Shown here in pieces: positions 13,383 through 25,276 of a stretch of DNA of 64,000 bases. The DNA is from Podarcis gaigeae. Its lineage: Eukaryota. Position 1 is the stretch's first letter. Each line of letters begins with the position of its first letter. The stretch lies in NCBI GenBank assembly GCA_964106915.2, contig OZ066914.1. The stretch is one strand, 5' to 3'. Both the position numbers and the translations under genes were made by a program. The notes beneath the pieces are model-generated. The model saw only the letters and a list, made by a program, of their open reading frames with translations, had not been told where the DNA came from and did no database searches.

Positions 13383-16300
13383 AAGTTGACCAAGGTGCTT
13401 TAAAGACCTTTTGTTTACATATTTTTCTTAAATATTAAGTTCCTTTGCATTAACAGATAAGTCCTCAGGACAAAGACTGAACTAGCAAGTGATGCTAGGA
13501 TCCCACTCTAGTTATCCTTTTATATCTAATTGTTCTAGAATGTGTATGGTTAGAGACATGTGAACTACTACAATGTGGCAAATGCTTCTACAGTTTCTTT
13601 GAAGTTTTCTTCCCCTGTGAAAGAGGCTTCCATTTTTCTGTCTCATTCTCAGGGCACTAGAAAAATAATTTCTTTTGAATTTTGGTGGGTATTGAGATTT
13701 TGAGCTAACTTTATTATTGCAAGGTAGCGGAGGTTGGTACGTGTAAACCTTTCTGTAGCACTCTGGAATCTCCCCAGCTGCCTGTGCTTCCTAATCTGAA
13801 AAAGGCTCATGGGAGGAGTTATCTCATAATGTCTTCTCCTGAGCTTTAACTGAAGCATGGACACCCAGGAAGGCTGCTGGAGTGCAGACACCACTGGTGA
13901 GATGATTTGTGGAATGAAAAAAAGGACACCTAAAAATATCCCTTGGCCACTGCAAAAGTAAGGTGAGTACAGTGAAAACACGGCACCCAAACAATAATAC
14001 TTTCACAGATATGTTCCATCTGATCTGATAATTTTCACATGTAATTTATTTTCTCAATAACTGATGGGAAGGATAAAGCTGATTAGCCATATCTGGTCAT
14101 TCAATACACATGGCACCAGTTGTGCGGAGTGGGAGAGGACTGCTGTGCAGAACTTCCCCTGTCGTTATGTCCTCAACAGCCCATTCCCTGTTGTCCATGC
14201 GGTGGGAATAATGCCTGCAGAGGGGATGCTCATAGGCTCCCCGCCCCCAATTTTTGGTTCTAGCTCATGGAGGGGGCATATGTGCAATGAGCAAACTTTA
14301 AACATGCTCACCAACATGCAGGCAGACAGCAGGAGGGAGGTCCTGACTGAGTTGGGATGGTAGGGCCAGGGCCAGTAGGTTTGGCTCTGCTCTCCTGCTC
14401 CACACCATTATAATTGCCCAAACAAGGCAACTGGATGCTGACTTTAAAAAACACACACATGAAAATGTTTTGGATGGAGGTGCCTGTTTAATGTTTGTAA
14501 AGGTTAAAATATTATGCACAATTTGGATTATTATCAATTTTTTCTTCTTAAATACATGTACTGCTATACAGAATGCTAAAAAGCAGATGGAGTCATGCTG
14601 CTTTACACCAGAAGGGGATATGGGCTTATCCATTTAATTTCTATGAGCTTATCTAGGCTTTCCCACAAATAAAATGATACACATTACCTAGACATGTCAA
14701 GGTATAATATCCAGTCCTCAGAACTGTTAAACGAATTAGATTCATTAAAAGATGCAGCAACAGTGTAAGGAAGCACATTTATGCAACATTTCAATCATGG
14801 GACCACTAAGGGCTCTTCTGCAACGGAGACATCTTGCTCTCAGAGCAAAAACAATACAGAACTTTAGAGTGGCCACAGAGCATAAAGGCACTGACGACTG
14901 AAATAAAAACACAGTTCATTATTTTTTACAACTTTTATTATGTTTACTGCAGGGTGCCATCCAATTGAACTCATTAATTCAGCAATTATATTGGAAAGGG
15001 GGAAAAGGCCTTAGGCTTTGAGTTGCATCCAAACTGCCTACTAAGAATGCCTTTACTTCTACCCGGCAGTTCTTAAAGAGAGAGCGAGGCACAGAGAAAG
15101 GCAGCACATTCACAAAGGATCTCACACAAAAAGAAGGGGAGAGAGAAGGAAGAGAGAATATGGTGGAAAGGAAAGAAAAGGATCCCATTAAGTCCCTTCC
15201 ACCACTCTTTACTGCCCTGACTGCTGTTGCATCAGGGTTGCACTACTCAGTTTTCACACTTCAAAATGGCAAGGACCATATCACCATCTCCAGTTAAGAG
15301 ATCTTCTCGGATCAAAATTTAATCTAGAGCTCATGATTATTTCACTCTGTGCCTTAACCAATATAAGATCATTTCAGCAGCCAAGAAAGCAGCAATCTGG
15401 AACGTAGTAGAAAATGCTGTGCAAATTATGGAGGATTATTTTGCACTAAAAGGGAATCTCTGGAGAAATGTTCACAGGCAAAGTACCCCAAAAAGGCATT
15501 TAGTCCTATGTAATTCTTCAATGACATTTTTGTTAAAATTACTTTGGGTCTAATGCAATTGAGAAAACACATTATTTCTGAATGGCTACTGTATTTCCTG
15601 TGTAGCCCTTTCCGAACTGTTGTAGAAACTTCCATCCCTACACCAGCTTTCACCTCCTACTGTATGAGTTACTTCCTACCAAAGAAAGTTAGCAAGGGCA
15701 GCAGTTCACTGTGACTTTGAACAATATATGAAGTCGAGACACTGCTTAAGTTTTCAAGGCTGTTTGCTCTATTGACCCCAAAGAGAGACACAGGGTCCAG
15801 TGTAAGTTAGATTGCTTGAAAAAGCTATTCACTAAAACCTATGGAAAGGAGTATGTTAAATACATGAAGAATTGGATGTTGGTTTTCCTTTTTAAGACTT
15901 TTCCTATGAAGTGAGGGTGGAGAGGAATGCACCGAGGGACTGAAAAAAAAATTATGCACTGGGTTTTGTTTTCTTAAAAATCCTTATCAGACAAACAAAG
16001 CAACCCATTTGTTTTCTTGAGCTCCTGCAGTTTCCTAAATCAGGAGTAGCTAACCATTATCAGGCTGTGGACTGCACTGGCCAATGCTCAACACCCGGGG
16101 GACAACGTGTCCAAATGTAAAAATGGCCAATTGATTTTTTATAGAGTCAAATTCTGGGGAATCTTTGGGTGAGGTCACAAAGGTCTTTTGCCATGAGAGA
16201 ATCAGAGTGTAAAGAGCAGCCAGCAACTTTAAAAGAATTAATGAGACTTTTCTCTTTTTGAGTGGGGTGGGGAGGGGGTGGGAATTTGAAGCCACAACAA

Positions 16301-16654
16301 TATTCAGTTTCATAGCATAACAGCAGGAGATTCACAAGAACAGTAATTAAAAACAAAAAAACCCACTTTTTTTAATGACAAATTTTGGGTGTCCAAAAAC
16401 CCCTCTTGAGGAGTTGTATGAGTCCTATGTGCTAGCTACCCTTGTCCTAAATTTATCCCTTAACCTAGCACTACCCTTGAGGGTGTATATTAACTGCCCT
16501 GACACCTTGTTTGTGACCTGCTGCAACCAGAGTGGTATGAATTCATTTGTTAGGAGTGCTAGATAAAGAACATTCTGTCTCACTCTGATCTATTGACAAG
16601 TACACAGGAAACAAATCAGTGCTGATACTAATAGTATTGTAGTGAGTTACTTAC

Positions 16655-16703
16655 TCTGGGGAAGATTCTGGAGTTAAATTCGACATCTCTTCTGGCGTCG
16701 GTA
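16655..16703 (-). CDS. BRSK2: BRSK2 exon (49 nt): (V)PTPEEMSNLTPESSP(E)
   Basis: atatag|TACCGACG...CCAGA|gtaagt; phase 1 to 2. Confidence 0.96.
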
Positions 16704-18469
16704 CTATATATACATACACAGACAGAGACAAAGCATAAGAGGAGGAGAAAAAGAAAATGCTGATTCCCAATTCAAAGTCAATAAATGTGGAATCAAAGTT
16801 CACACAAAATATATTTCAAGCACTTCATTGTTTTAATATCAAATAACTTATTGTTTTAATATCAAATAATGGAGCCACACTGCTCCTATATCCACATGTA
16901 CCTTACATGTTATACTTACATACTGGGATTTCATAGTTTGGCCTGGGCAATTAAACTGTATCTATTCAACTTAGAATTGATGACTGTTGTGAAAGTAATT
17001 TGCAGCATAATTGTATCTGCCAAGATGTCTGGGGCTGATTTTTAATAGTAGCATTGAAATAGTTCTATAACCCACAGAAAACTAAAAACTGGTATGCTGC
17101 ACACTTAGCCCTACAACACCATGAGTATGTGCAAAGTCCATAGATGGAATACTATTACCCTTTCCCCTTGAAACAGAGAATAAGAAATCTGCCATATACT
17201 ACAGCAGAAATTTCAGCAAAGATACAAATGAGCTGGAATGCTGAGCTGTGGAAATTTCCTACTGTATTTGCATATTTTAACCAACCTTGAATTAGGAAAG
17301 AAAAGAGATTTCCAGTAACAGACAGTATTTGCTCATAAACATATAAAGCAGTAATTGTGCCTTATGTAACCTTTATTAACATGAGTCCTCATGGAGTTCC
17401 TCTCCATCCAAAAAACAACAACAATGCACATCAGTGAAGACAGCACCTTGCTCAGAACTCTGGTCATTTGTGTCTTCATTTCATTACTCGCTCCGACATG
17501 AAAGGAAGAAGGGAACTTCGTAAAGTACTTTGTGTGGTCCATGGAGCTGGGTTAATGTTATTTTGCCATATCATTAATACTACAAGTACAAAATACTGTA
17601 TTGAAAAGACTATGGGCCTCAATGATTCAGCAAAATGGGTTGTTACAGAGGGAGCGGCTCTAAGTTTTTCAGAGATGAGATTTTTCATTTAATGCTGTGT
17701 CATGAGCAACATGCAAGAGCTTCAGTTAATCATGCTTTGTACACACACTTCTGTATAATGCTGGTCTATTAAGGGGTCCCCTGTAATGAATACTGGGAGG
17801 GAGGACTATCTTCTTAGAACAGATACCAATGAGGACAATTGATAAATGCTGCACAGGGCAAAGTTGTAACAACAATTGTGCAAAAACCCACTAATCATGT
17901 AATAGGGTATAAATAAAGTCAGCCTGGAGCTATATTCTGCATACATCAGTTCCTCCATGAAGGGTGTCAATTCTTTAATAAACCACCTTATCTTTGTGGA
18001 CCATACAGCATCTTTGTTCACTTGTCTGTATCTGTAGGTCTGTCTTCATGAAGAGTGAACTTTAAGATCATCTTCTGTTTTGAATCCTTCCCAAACCCTA
18101 GCCATCATGTCAATAAATTAAAAGTGCTCAACTTTCCAAGAAAACGTGTAGTGGCTGCCTTAATCTTGAATACATATGGAAATGCAATATGATAGGTGTT
18201 TCTTGAAGATCTGGGCCTATGAAGGGGGTGGGAATCATGTCATAAAATAACCAAAGATGCAACCCATTGTTTTCTATAGGTTTTCCTAGCTTTCTAAAAG
18301 CCATGTCTCAAATAAATCTTAAGGTACCAATTAAAGAAATAAAAACGAGTTCAGGAACAATTTAACTGGAGGTAGATATTTTCACCCTGCTTCCACATGC
18401 TGGTCACCTTTGATTTGGAGAAGCTCATATCTGAGGAATATAATTGAATCTGCAGTATTGCACACAGTA

Positions 18470-18848
18470 GCTCTATTTGCACATACTTCTAAGTCATTGT
18501 TTGTTTTAACCATGGTTTCTTCAGCAAATCACCAGCAAGCTTAAATTAGTAAGCAAGCAAGCCATGGTTTGCTTCTCCAAAGCATGGTTTGTTTTCCAAC
18601 TGCTCTTGCCTCATGCTTCTGTATCTTAGTGTGTGTCTGGCCACACACATCATGATGAAGCAAATCTACAGAGTTTGGACACAATAGTTAAAACAAGCCA
18701 CAATTTGAAAGCCAAAAACAAACCATGGTTTCACACAATTGTATGCCAGGAAACAAACCATGGTTAGTCTGCTAAGATGGACACAGATATTTAAAAAGCC
18801 ACATTTTGGCTAGGCAAACCATGGTTTAGTGACATGTGTGAACCAAGG
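18470..18848. repeat. Degraded DNA-transposon-like repeat rich in AAACCATGGTTT palindromes; related copy at about 42690-42965
   Basis: Multiple (A)AACCATGGTT(T) motifs at both loci. Confidence 0.55.
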
Positions 18849-19012
18849 CCAGTGTGTGCCTCAAGTCAGAAACAACTGAAAATCAGCAGGCTAGAAGTGC
18901 AGTGCAAGTACCAAAGCCATGAGTAGAAGGCACAGGATGGAGAGATTGGATAGTATAACAACACTTGTAATCTTAGTATAAAAACTGGTACTTTTGCCTT
19001 GTTCAGGTAGTC

Positions 19013-19252
19013 CAGGAACGTCCAACTTCCAAGAGACTGTGATCTACTCACAGTATATAAAAAAAACTGACAGTGATTTACCCATTGTCACTGAAGGATG
19101 GACCAGAGTTGTTGAGCTGAGCTTTTTTTAGGAAGCAAAAGTTGTTGAGCTTCTTTTTTTGAGGGGGGGAGATCGACCTGGGGGGTGGCGATCTACCTGG
19201 GACACCCTCGTGATCTACCAGCAGATCACGATCTACCTGTTGAACATGCCTG
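19013..19252. mobile_element. hAT (Charlie-like) non-autonomous element
   Basis: Imperfect TIRs CAGGAACGTCCAAC/GTTGAACATGCCTG; perfect 8-bp TSD AGGTAGTC; repeated subterminal GATCTAC motifs. Confidence 0.85.
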
Positions 19253-19796
19253 AGGTAGTCTACTGGGAGAGAGAGATGTATGATTAAAGACATAGTTCCT
19301 AATGATGACCCATGTGAGAAGAGGTCTTATGTAAAAAAATTATATAATAAAATTCCATAGGTGTACTCCCTTAAATCAACGGTGCTTTACAGCTTGTGCA
19401 CCTTGGTAAATAATTAGTGACAACACTATATGATGGGAGTTGTAGCCCTGACAAACCTCTGCATTACACTTAGCTCTTGCTTCTCAGTGGGCTCCATCTT
19501 CCATCAAGCATCACAAACAGTATTATGACTTGCAGAAGCCTAACTAGGTTTTCCTGCTGAGAAAATTAAAAATTGGTTTTCCAAGCTCAGGGTCAGGGAA
19601 AAAAGGGGGAATGAAGTTCATATGGTAATTGACACACACTGGAAGAATTGCAACGTGTTCATTGTTTGGTTAACAACAACTTTCAAATTTCCTTCTATAC
19701 TCTCTGTCTGTGCTATCTACTAACCAACCACTCTTTACACTGATATGTACTTCTACCTGCCAACCTAACACTGCCGCATTTTGAGATCAGATGTAC

Positions 19797-20004
19797 CTTG
19801 CAATTTCCTGCGATGGAAGCGTGGCGATCCCAGGAAGCTGTTCTTGATCGAGTTGAGCCGTGTTCTCCAGGGCATTCCTCCAATGCTGGGGCTGGATGGT
19901 GGCGTAGGGTTGGGTGTGCCTGCTGGGCTCTCCTTTGGCGTATGGACAGGTGTCCCCTTGGGGGTAGGGAGGGGACTGCCCCTTGGAGAGGGGTGAGGGG
20001 TGAC
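19797..20004 (-). CDS. BRSK2: BRSK2 exon (208 nt): [69 protein letters not shown](V)
   Basis: catacag|GTCACC...TTGCAAG|gtacat; phase 0 to 1. Confidence 0.97.
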
Positions 20005-20409
20005 CTGTATGATGGGGATAGATTTGGTGCTTGGGTCAGTACTAGAAGGGAGCAATCTAACAGGAGACATAGGGTTGGTTTGCACGGTAGGAACAGCCAG
20101 CTGCGGGCTAAACCCAGGAGCAGGTGGACGGCCCTGAGTGTTCTGTGCAGGAGAATTTGGGGAAGGTGGGACTGTAGCATTGCTAGAGGGCAGGGGATTG
20201 GATTTGGTAGACTGGAGTGGTTTTTCAGCCAATCTACACTTGGATGGCAAAGTCTGTGTCTTTGGATTGGGTTGAAGTGCCGGCTTTGGCTGGAGAACAT
20301 GTCCGGGCCTGGAAGCATTCCTACAAGCATCGGAGTCCAGGGAGACTTGGGGGCGGGGAGTGAAAGGGAGGTCAGGAGTCTGAGGGGGGATGAAAAATTT
20401 TCTGATAGG
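20005..20409 (-). CDS. BRSK2: In-frame 5' extension (405 nt, 135 aa, Pro-rich) of the next exon via an alternative 3' splice site
   Basis: gtatcttgtag|CCTATCAGAAAATTT...; reads [15 protein letters not shown]...TKSIPIIQ with no stop into VTPHPSPRG; phase 0. Confidence 0.75.
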
Positions 20410-22869
20410 CTACAAGATACACACAGAGAAAGTACCCATGCATTTCAAGAAAAGCAAAACGCACACGCACATACGCACAAAGTGGGTGAATAGAGAAATA
20501 AAGCCCATTTGAGTTGCGGTTGTGAGCCACATCACAAGGAGATCAGAGTTATGGAGGTGAGGGTGAAGGAGGTGGGGGGTTAGGGAATTGCAAAGAAACA
20601 AAAAACAAACACAAACAAAAAACAAAAAGACATGCAGTTAGCTGGGAACACAGCATAGTCAACAACAGCAGCAGTGGCGGTAGTGAAAACAACAGTTTTG
20701 TCACAAGCTTCATCATATTAACCAACCATGTGTCAGCAAATAAAAAAACCACAGAGCAAAAACTAACATGAAGGAAAAGAAAGTAAGAAACTAAAAGGGT
20801 GGGCGAGGGAGGGGAAGCAGCAAGAGAGAGCGAGACAGAGCGAGAGAGAAAAGGCCGTACCCCTGAGCTGTTCTGACTGTCTCACAGATAGAGAGAGAGA
20901 GAACAGGGCTGAAGGGAGGTGGGGAAGGGGAAGGAAGCATCATTCAAGCCACAGGGGAACCTGACATGTAAGCATGTAAGGCTGAGTGTGCCCTCTCTCC
21001 CAGCTCAAAACGTCTACCACAATCAAAAACAGCAAGGAAATGCAGATCAAAATAACATGTGTGCAGCAGGTAATGATAGAAGCACACAGATTACTACACA
21101 CATTGACTCTCCTCAGTCAAAGCACCACAAGTTTCAGTAACATGGAGAGAGGGTGTGAGTGAGGCTGAGGAGGGGGAAAGCCTCTATCATTTCACCACCA
21201 TTCCTTCCTGGCCTTCCACCCAGAGGGACCCAGTTTTCTCTGGCAGGCTTTACTATATGAAATCTTAACAGCTCATGGAACCATGGGCCAGTTTGGGCTT
21301 CAAATTTTAAGAGATCGTGGAACTACAGCCACTTTAGGGTTTAATTAAAATACCCCAAGGGTCACCAAAGAAGATTTGCTTTCTAAGTGCCCCTATTACA
21401 TCTAAGTCCTCCCTTCATCAGACAGTCTTATACTTTTAAAAAAACATAAGAGAAAAACATTCCTCAGTTTTTATGACACAGTACCAGAATTCCATTCTGT
21501 GGCTGATCATTGTGCTTTATGCAGTAAACATACAAAACACACAATTCATAATCAGCCATAAATGAAGTCAGAAAAGGGGATTATGTTGTTTTGTAAAACA
21601 ACAACAAAACTTAATTAGCAAGTGTTAGATTCAAGAACAGTCCAAGAAAAACTTTAAAATAGAAATTCAATACACCCAGGGAACAAAATGCAAAAAAGAA
21701 CACTGTTAGAAGAAAAGATTTTTTTTAAAATAGAGAACATATTCCTTTCATAGAGCATGGATTAGAAAAAAAGTAACAATAAAATTGTATTTACTGTTCA
21801 TTTGTGAATGAGTGCAAGCCCATTAGAAGAATTCACAAATATGTAACAATGTATTGCCCTGCAGTTTGGGCAATTAACTTACATAAGAAGTGAAAATTGC
21901 ATAAAACTGTGATAATTGCATATAACTGTATGTAAGAACAGAAGCTGAATTGACTAAGAACAGAAGAAATGTAAATGAACTGGTTCCCTGTCTGCATCAT
22001 GTGTGTCTGTGTGTAATTGTTTGCGTAACAGAGGGTGGGGGAACGTGTGCATGCCTGTAGGTGTAGTGAGGATAGATGCTGTTTGTGTGTGTGTTGTGTA
22101 TGGTGGTGAGTGTGCATGTGTGGAATGTATGTCTGTGGTGTGTGCATGTAGAAATATGCATTGGCCACACCCATTATTGGCATGTATCCCTTAGAGAAGT
22201 ACCTGACTTTCAGTACTACCTTTGAGCCAACGTTATTTTAGCCACCCGTGAATTAAAACATATATTTAGACAAGCTACTGCCTGTTTTTTTTAAAAAAAA
22301 GAACCAATCAAGCTTTGGCTTGCCCAAGGACTAACAAAAAAGGGCCTGTTCAAGCAGACTCTCTAAGACTGCGCAATTTCTTACTTCTTTGGAATGATTC
22401 TCTTTCTGCCCCTCAAATCCAAGCGACTTTCAGCTTCCTTACTGGAACATCCTAATCCAACTCTGTATGATTCTTGTTCAGACTAGAGTTCATTGTTTTT
22501 CCAGCGTTCTTCAGCTGTGCTATTCAGTCCCAAAGTAGCTCTAGCTGTTATGGTTCAGTGCCTCACCATGGGCTTGCAATAAGCAGCAGATGTTTTCTTC
22601 ATCGTATGAAAAACTCTCTTAACAGGGTTATATACATTGGCATCATGCTAGGCCACAATGATACCTTAGGTGGCAATGATGCCAGAAGCACAGGCAGCCC
22701 TGCAGAAGGACCCTATCCCAACATTCACAAACAGCAAGCTGTGCTTTATAGCTGCCCCACATCCCTAGCTAACTAAGCCACCCTTCAAAATGGGGAAAGA
22801 GATATTAAATGTCACTGAGCTCACATGAGAGAGTAGTTATAAACCATGACCCCAAATAATCCCACTTAC

Positions 22870-22930
22870 CCTTGGACTGCTGAGTGGGCTGGTCGACAGG
22901 CCAGAGGAAGCTCCACTGATTGAGCGAGAC
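22870..22930 (-). CDS. BRSK2: BRSK2 exon (61 nt): SRSISGASSGLSTSPLSSPR
   Basis: tttactcag|GTCTCGC...CCAAGG|gtaagt; phase 2 to 0. Confidence 0.97.
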
Positions 22931-25104
22931 CTGAGTAAACACAACAGGAAGACAAGGCCCTGAGAAACCCCTGTCAAAAGACACACCACCCTGCTGTGCC
23001 AGCCACCACCATATTAAACCTCTGCATTAAGTTGTGGCTCACATTTCTAACAAGAAACTGCTTATATAGCTGACATTTGTTTTCAAAGGGTAGATGTACA
23101 TGAAGATGCCCATCCCTTTGTTCATCAGTCTCACGTTTTATAATATTTTTTTTCTGTGTGCATCTGGAAATACCTCCCTTATAAGATCCCCATCCTATCC
23201 CCCATGATCTCATTCTGAAGGAGCTTTGATCTCTGTTGTAAAGATCAGGTAAAAAGAGAAATATCTCACAAGGAAAGAAATAGACTGCACTGCTGCAGCT
23301 GTTTTTACCATGGCAGACCAACAAGTATATAAATCACCTATTCTCCTGTTGGTTGAGAACACCATCATTTTGAAATCAGATGGATCTTTCTTAACCTTCC
23401 ATTTAGGAAATATTTTTTCCCACTGACTAGCAAGGTATTTCATATGAAATCATTGGCCCATATGTTTACAGGCACAATACTACTTCCAAAGGCCTCAGCC
23501 CCTTGCTATCACCATTCATCAAAATGATTGTGCATAGATAAGTGGCTCAGAAACAGCATGGAATTCACATGGCCAAATACAGACGCAAAGGAGCTCCTTG
23601 TCAATCCCAGTTATCAATGCTAACACACATTACCAAAGATATTTTCACGTCTCCGGTTATGTCTAATGTCTGAGAGAAACCTACATAGGCTATAAATAAT
23701 GCACATTCAAATTTTCCTCCTCTTTCATTTCCACATCAGCACCATTGATCCATAGTACAAATCAAAAGCATGTTCAACAGCCCCATATGTGAAAAATGTT
23801 AAAGAAATGGCCAGCTTATGTTGGCATTTCTTGAAATCTTTGCCTTGACCTTCCTCATCTCTGCTGGAACCATGGTCTTTAAAAAGGATGATACAACAAT
23901 GGAAGCAAACCCAGTCAACAAGATAATATGCAATATATCACTTAGTCCTAATCTGTATTGCAACCTTATGGTGGCGGGACTGCTTTCAGTAAAACAAATT
24001 AATGAATGTATAGATTTCTCAAAGAGAACATTTTGATTCTGCTCATATAACTAGATCTATGACATGCAAGTTATAAGGTAAGAGATATATAATGGATGTA
24101 TATAATGTACATCTGTACATCAACAGGAAAACCTGGCTCGGAAAGAGCTTTTAAGCTCTCCACCCTGTGTGTGCTTAATGTGTATGATTTAAGCTGCTGG
24201 CTGGCAAGCACATAAGGCTGAGATTGTGCAAGTTAAATGTGTGCAAGTTGCCCATACATACATATATAACTAGCATCAGATAGCAGGTCTACCATTTCTC
24301 ATAAGGCATGGGCACTGGGTCTACTAAGCTGAGCAGTCCTAGCCTCTACCCCGCTATTGCATCTCAATGGGCAGATTTGCTAGCCATCAAAAGATACACC
24401 TGGTGTCCAGATGACATCTTCTCACCCTTGACTGAAACCCTGTTATTTTCCTGGCCTTTAATTAACTGCCGAAACTCTCCATTCTTGCCTTTTGTTGCTA
24501 CAATCAATTTCACAGCTCCCTTGCATCTCCCTAAAAAAGATAACATGCCAGGAGACTAGTTAACTGCACTGAACAGTTGTTATTTGTCACTCCAATGCCC
24601 CCTTTCCCCCTGTTGTTGTATTGTTATAACAACACTGAGCTAAGCCATGTCCTCTCAGCCAGTCCCTCCCTCCCACCTGCAATACAGGTTTAATACGGAT
24701 GGACTTTATCTGTACTGGCAGGGTTATTAAAAAATGTGTACAGCCCTGGGTATGCGTGGGTTATATTTTAGGGTATGAAATAAGTCCTTAGTTAGAAAGA
24801 TGCTACCTTTTGGCGGGGTAGACACACTACTGTCCAGATAAAAGTGAATCAGGAAGTTACTCCTACAACCAGTGGGTGTGTCATTCTAGCCTTCCTTTTG
24901 TCTAATTGGCTAGCTCTGCTGTCCTAAATGAACCATGGCTTCATTTGTTAATGAACAACCCTATAAAGCAGGAGCTGGCTTGCTTTATAAACGGGCAGAG
25001 TTGGTGCCGACACATTTTGCTTCCTGTCTCAGGTTCTACAACAGCTAGAGAAGGATTTGTTTTTTAAAAAACAAACAAATCCAAAAGCTGATAATCTGGG
25101 AGAT

Positions 25105-25276
25105 TTGGTATGAGCTTTCGTGTGCATGCACACTTCTTCAGATACCTGAAGAAGTGTGCATGCACACGAAAGCTCATACCAAGAACTGACTTAGTTGGTC
25201 TTTAAGGTGCTACTGGAAGGAATTTTTTTTGTTTTGACTATGGCAGACCAACACGGCTACCTATCTGTAACTGGAA
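25105..25276. mobile_element. Penelope-like retroelement remnant with inverted terminus
   Basis: Perfect 37-bp inverted repeat (25105-25141/25146-25182); flanking direct repeat CTGGGAGATTTGGT at 25096-25109 and 25277-25290; near-identical to the 38590 element. Confidence 0.8.
25107..25146 (-). ncRNA. Minimal type I hammerhead ribozyme motif (Penelope-associated)
   Basis: GGUAU-CUGAAGA-A-GUGUGCAUGCACAC-GAAA-GC-UC-AUACC: stem I GGUAU/AUACC, core CUGANGA and GAAA, palindromic stem II, minimal AGCU stem III. Confidence 0.75.

Noticed and set aside
19713-20493. Long ORFs 19798..20493 (+, 231 aa) and 19713..20330 (-, 205 aa)
   Set aside because: Shadow frames of the GC-rich BRSK2 exon and its extension; no independent homology recognised
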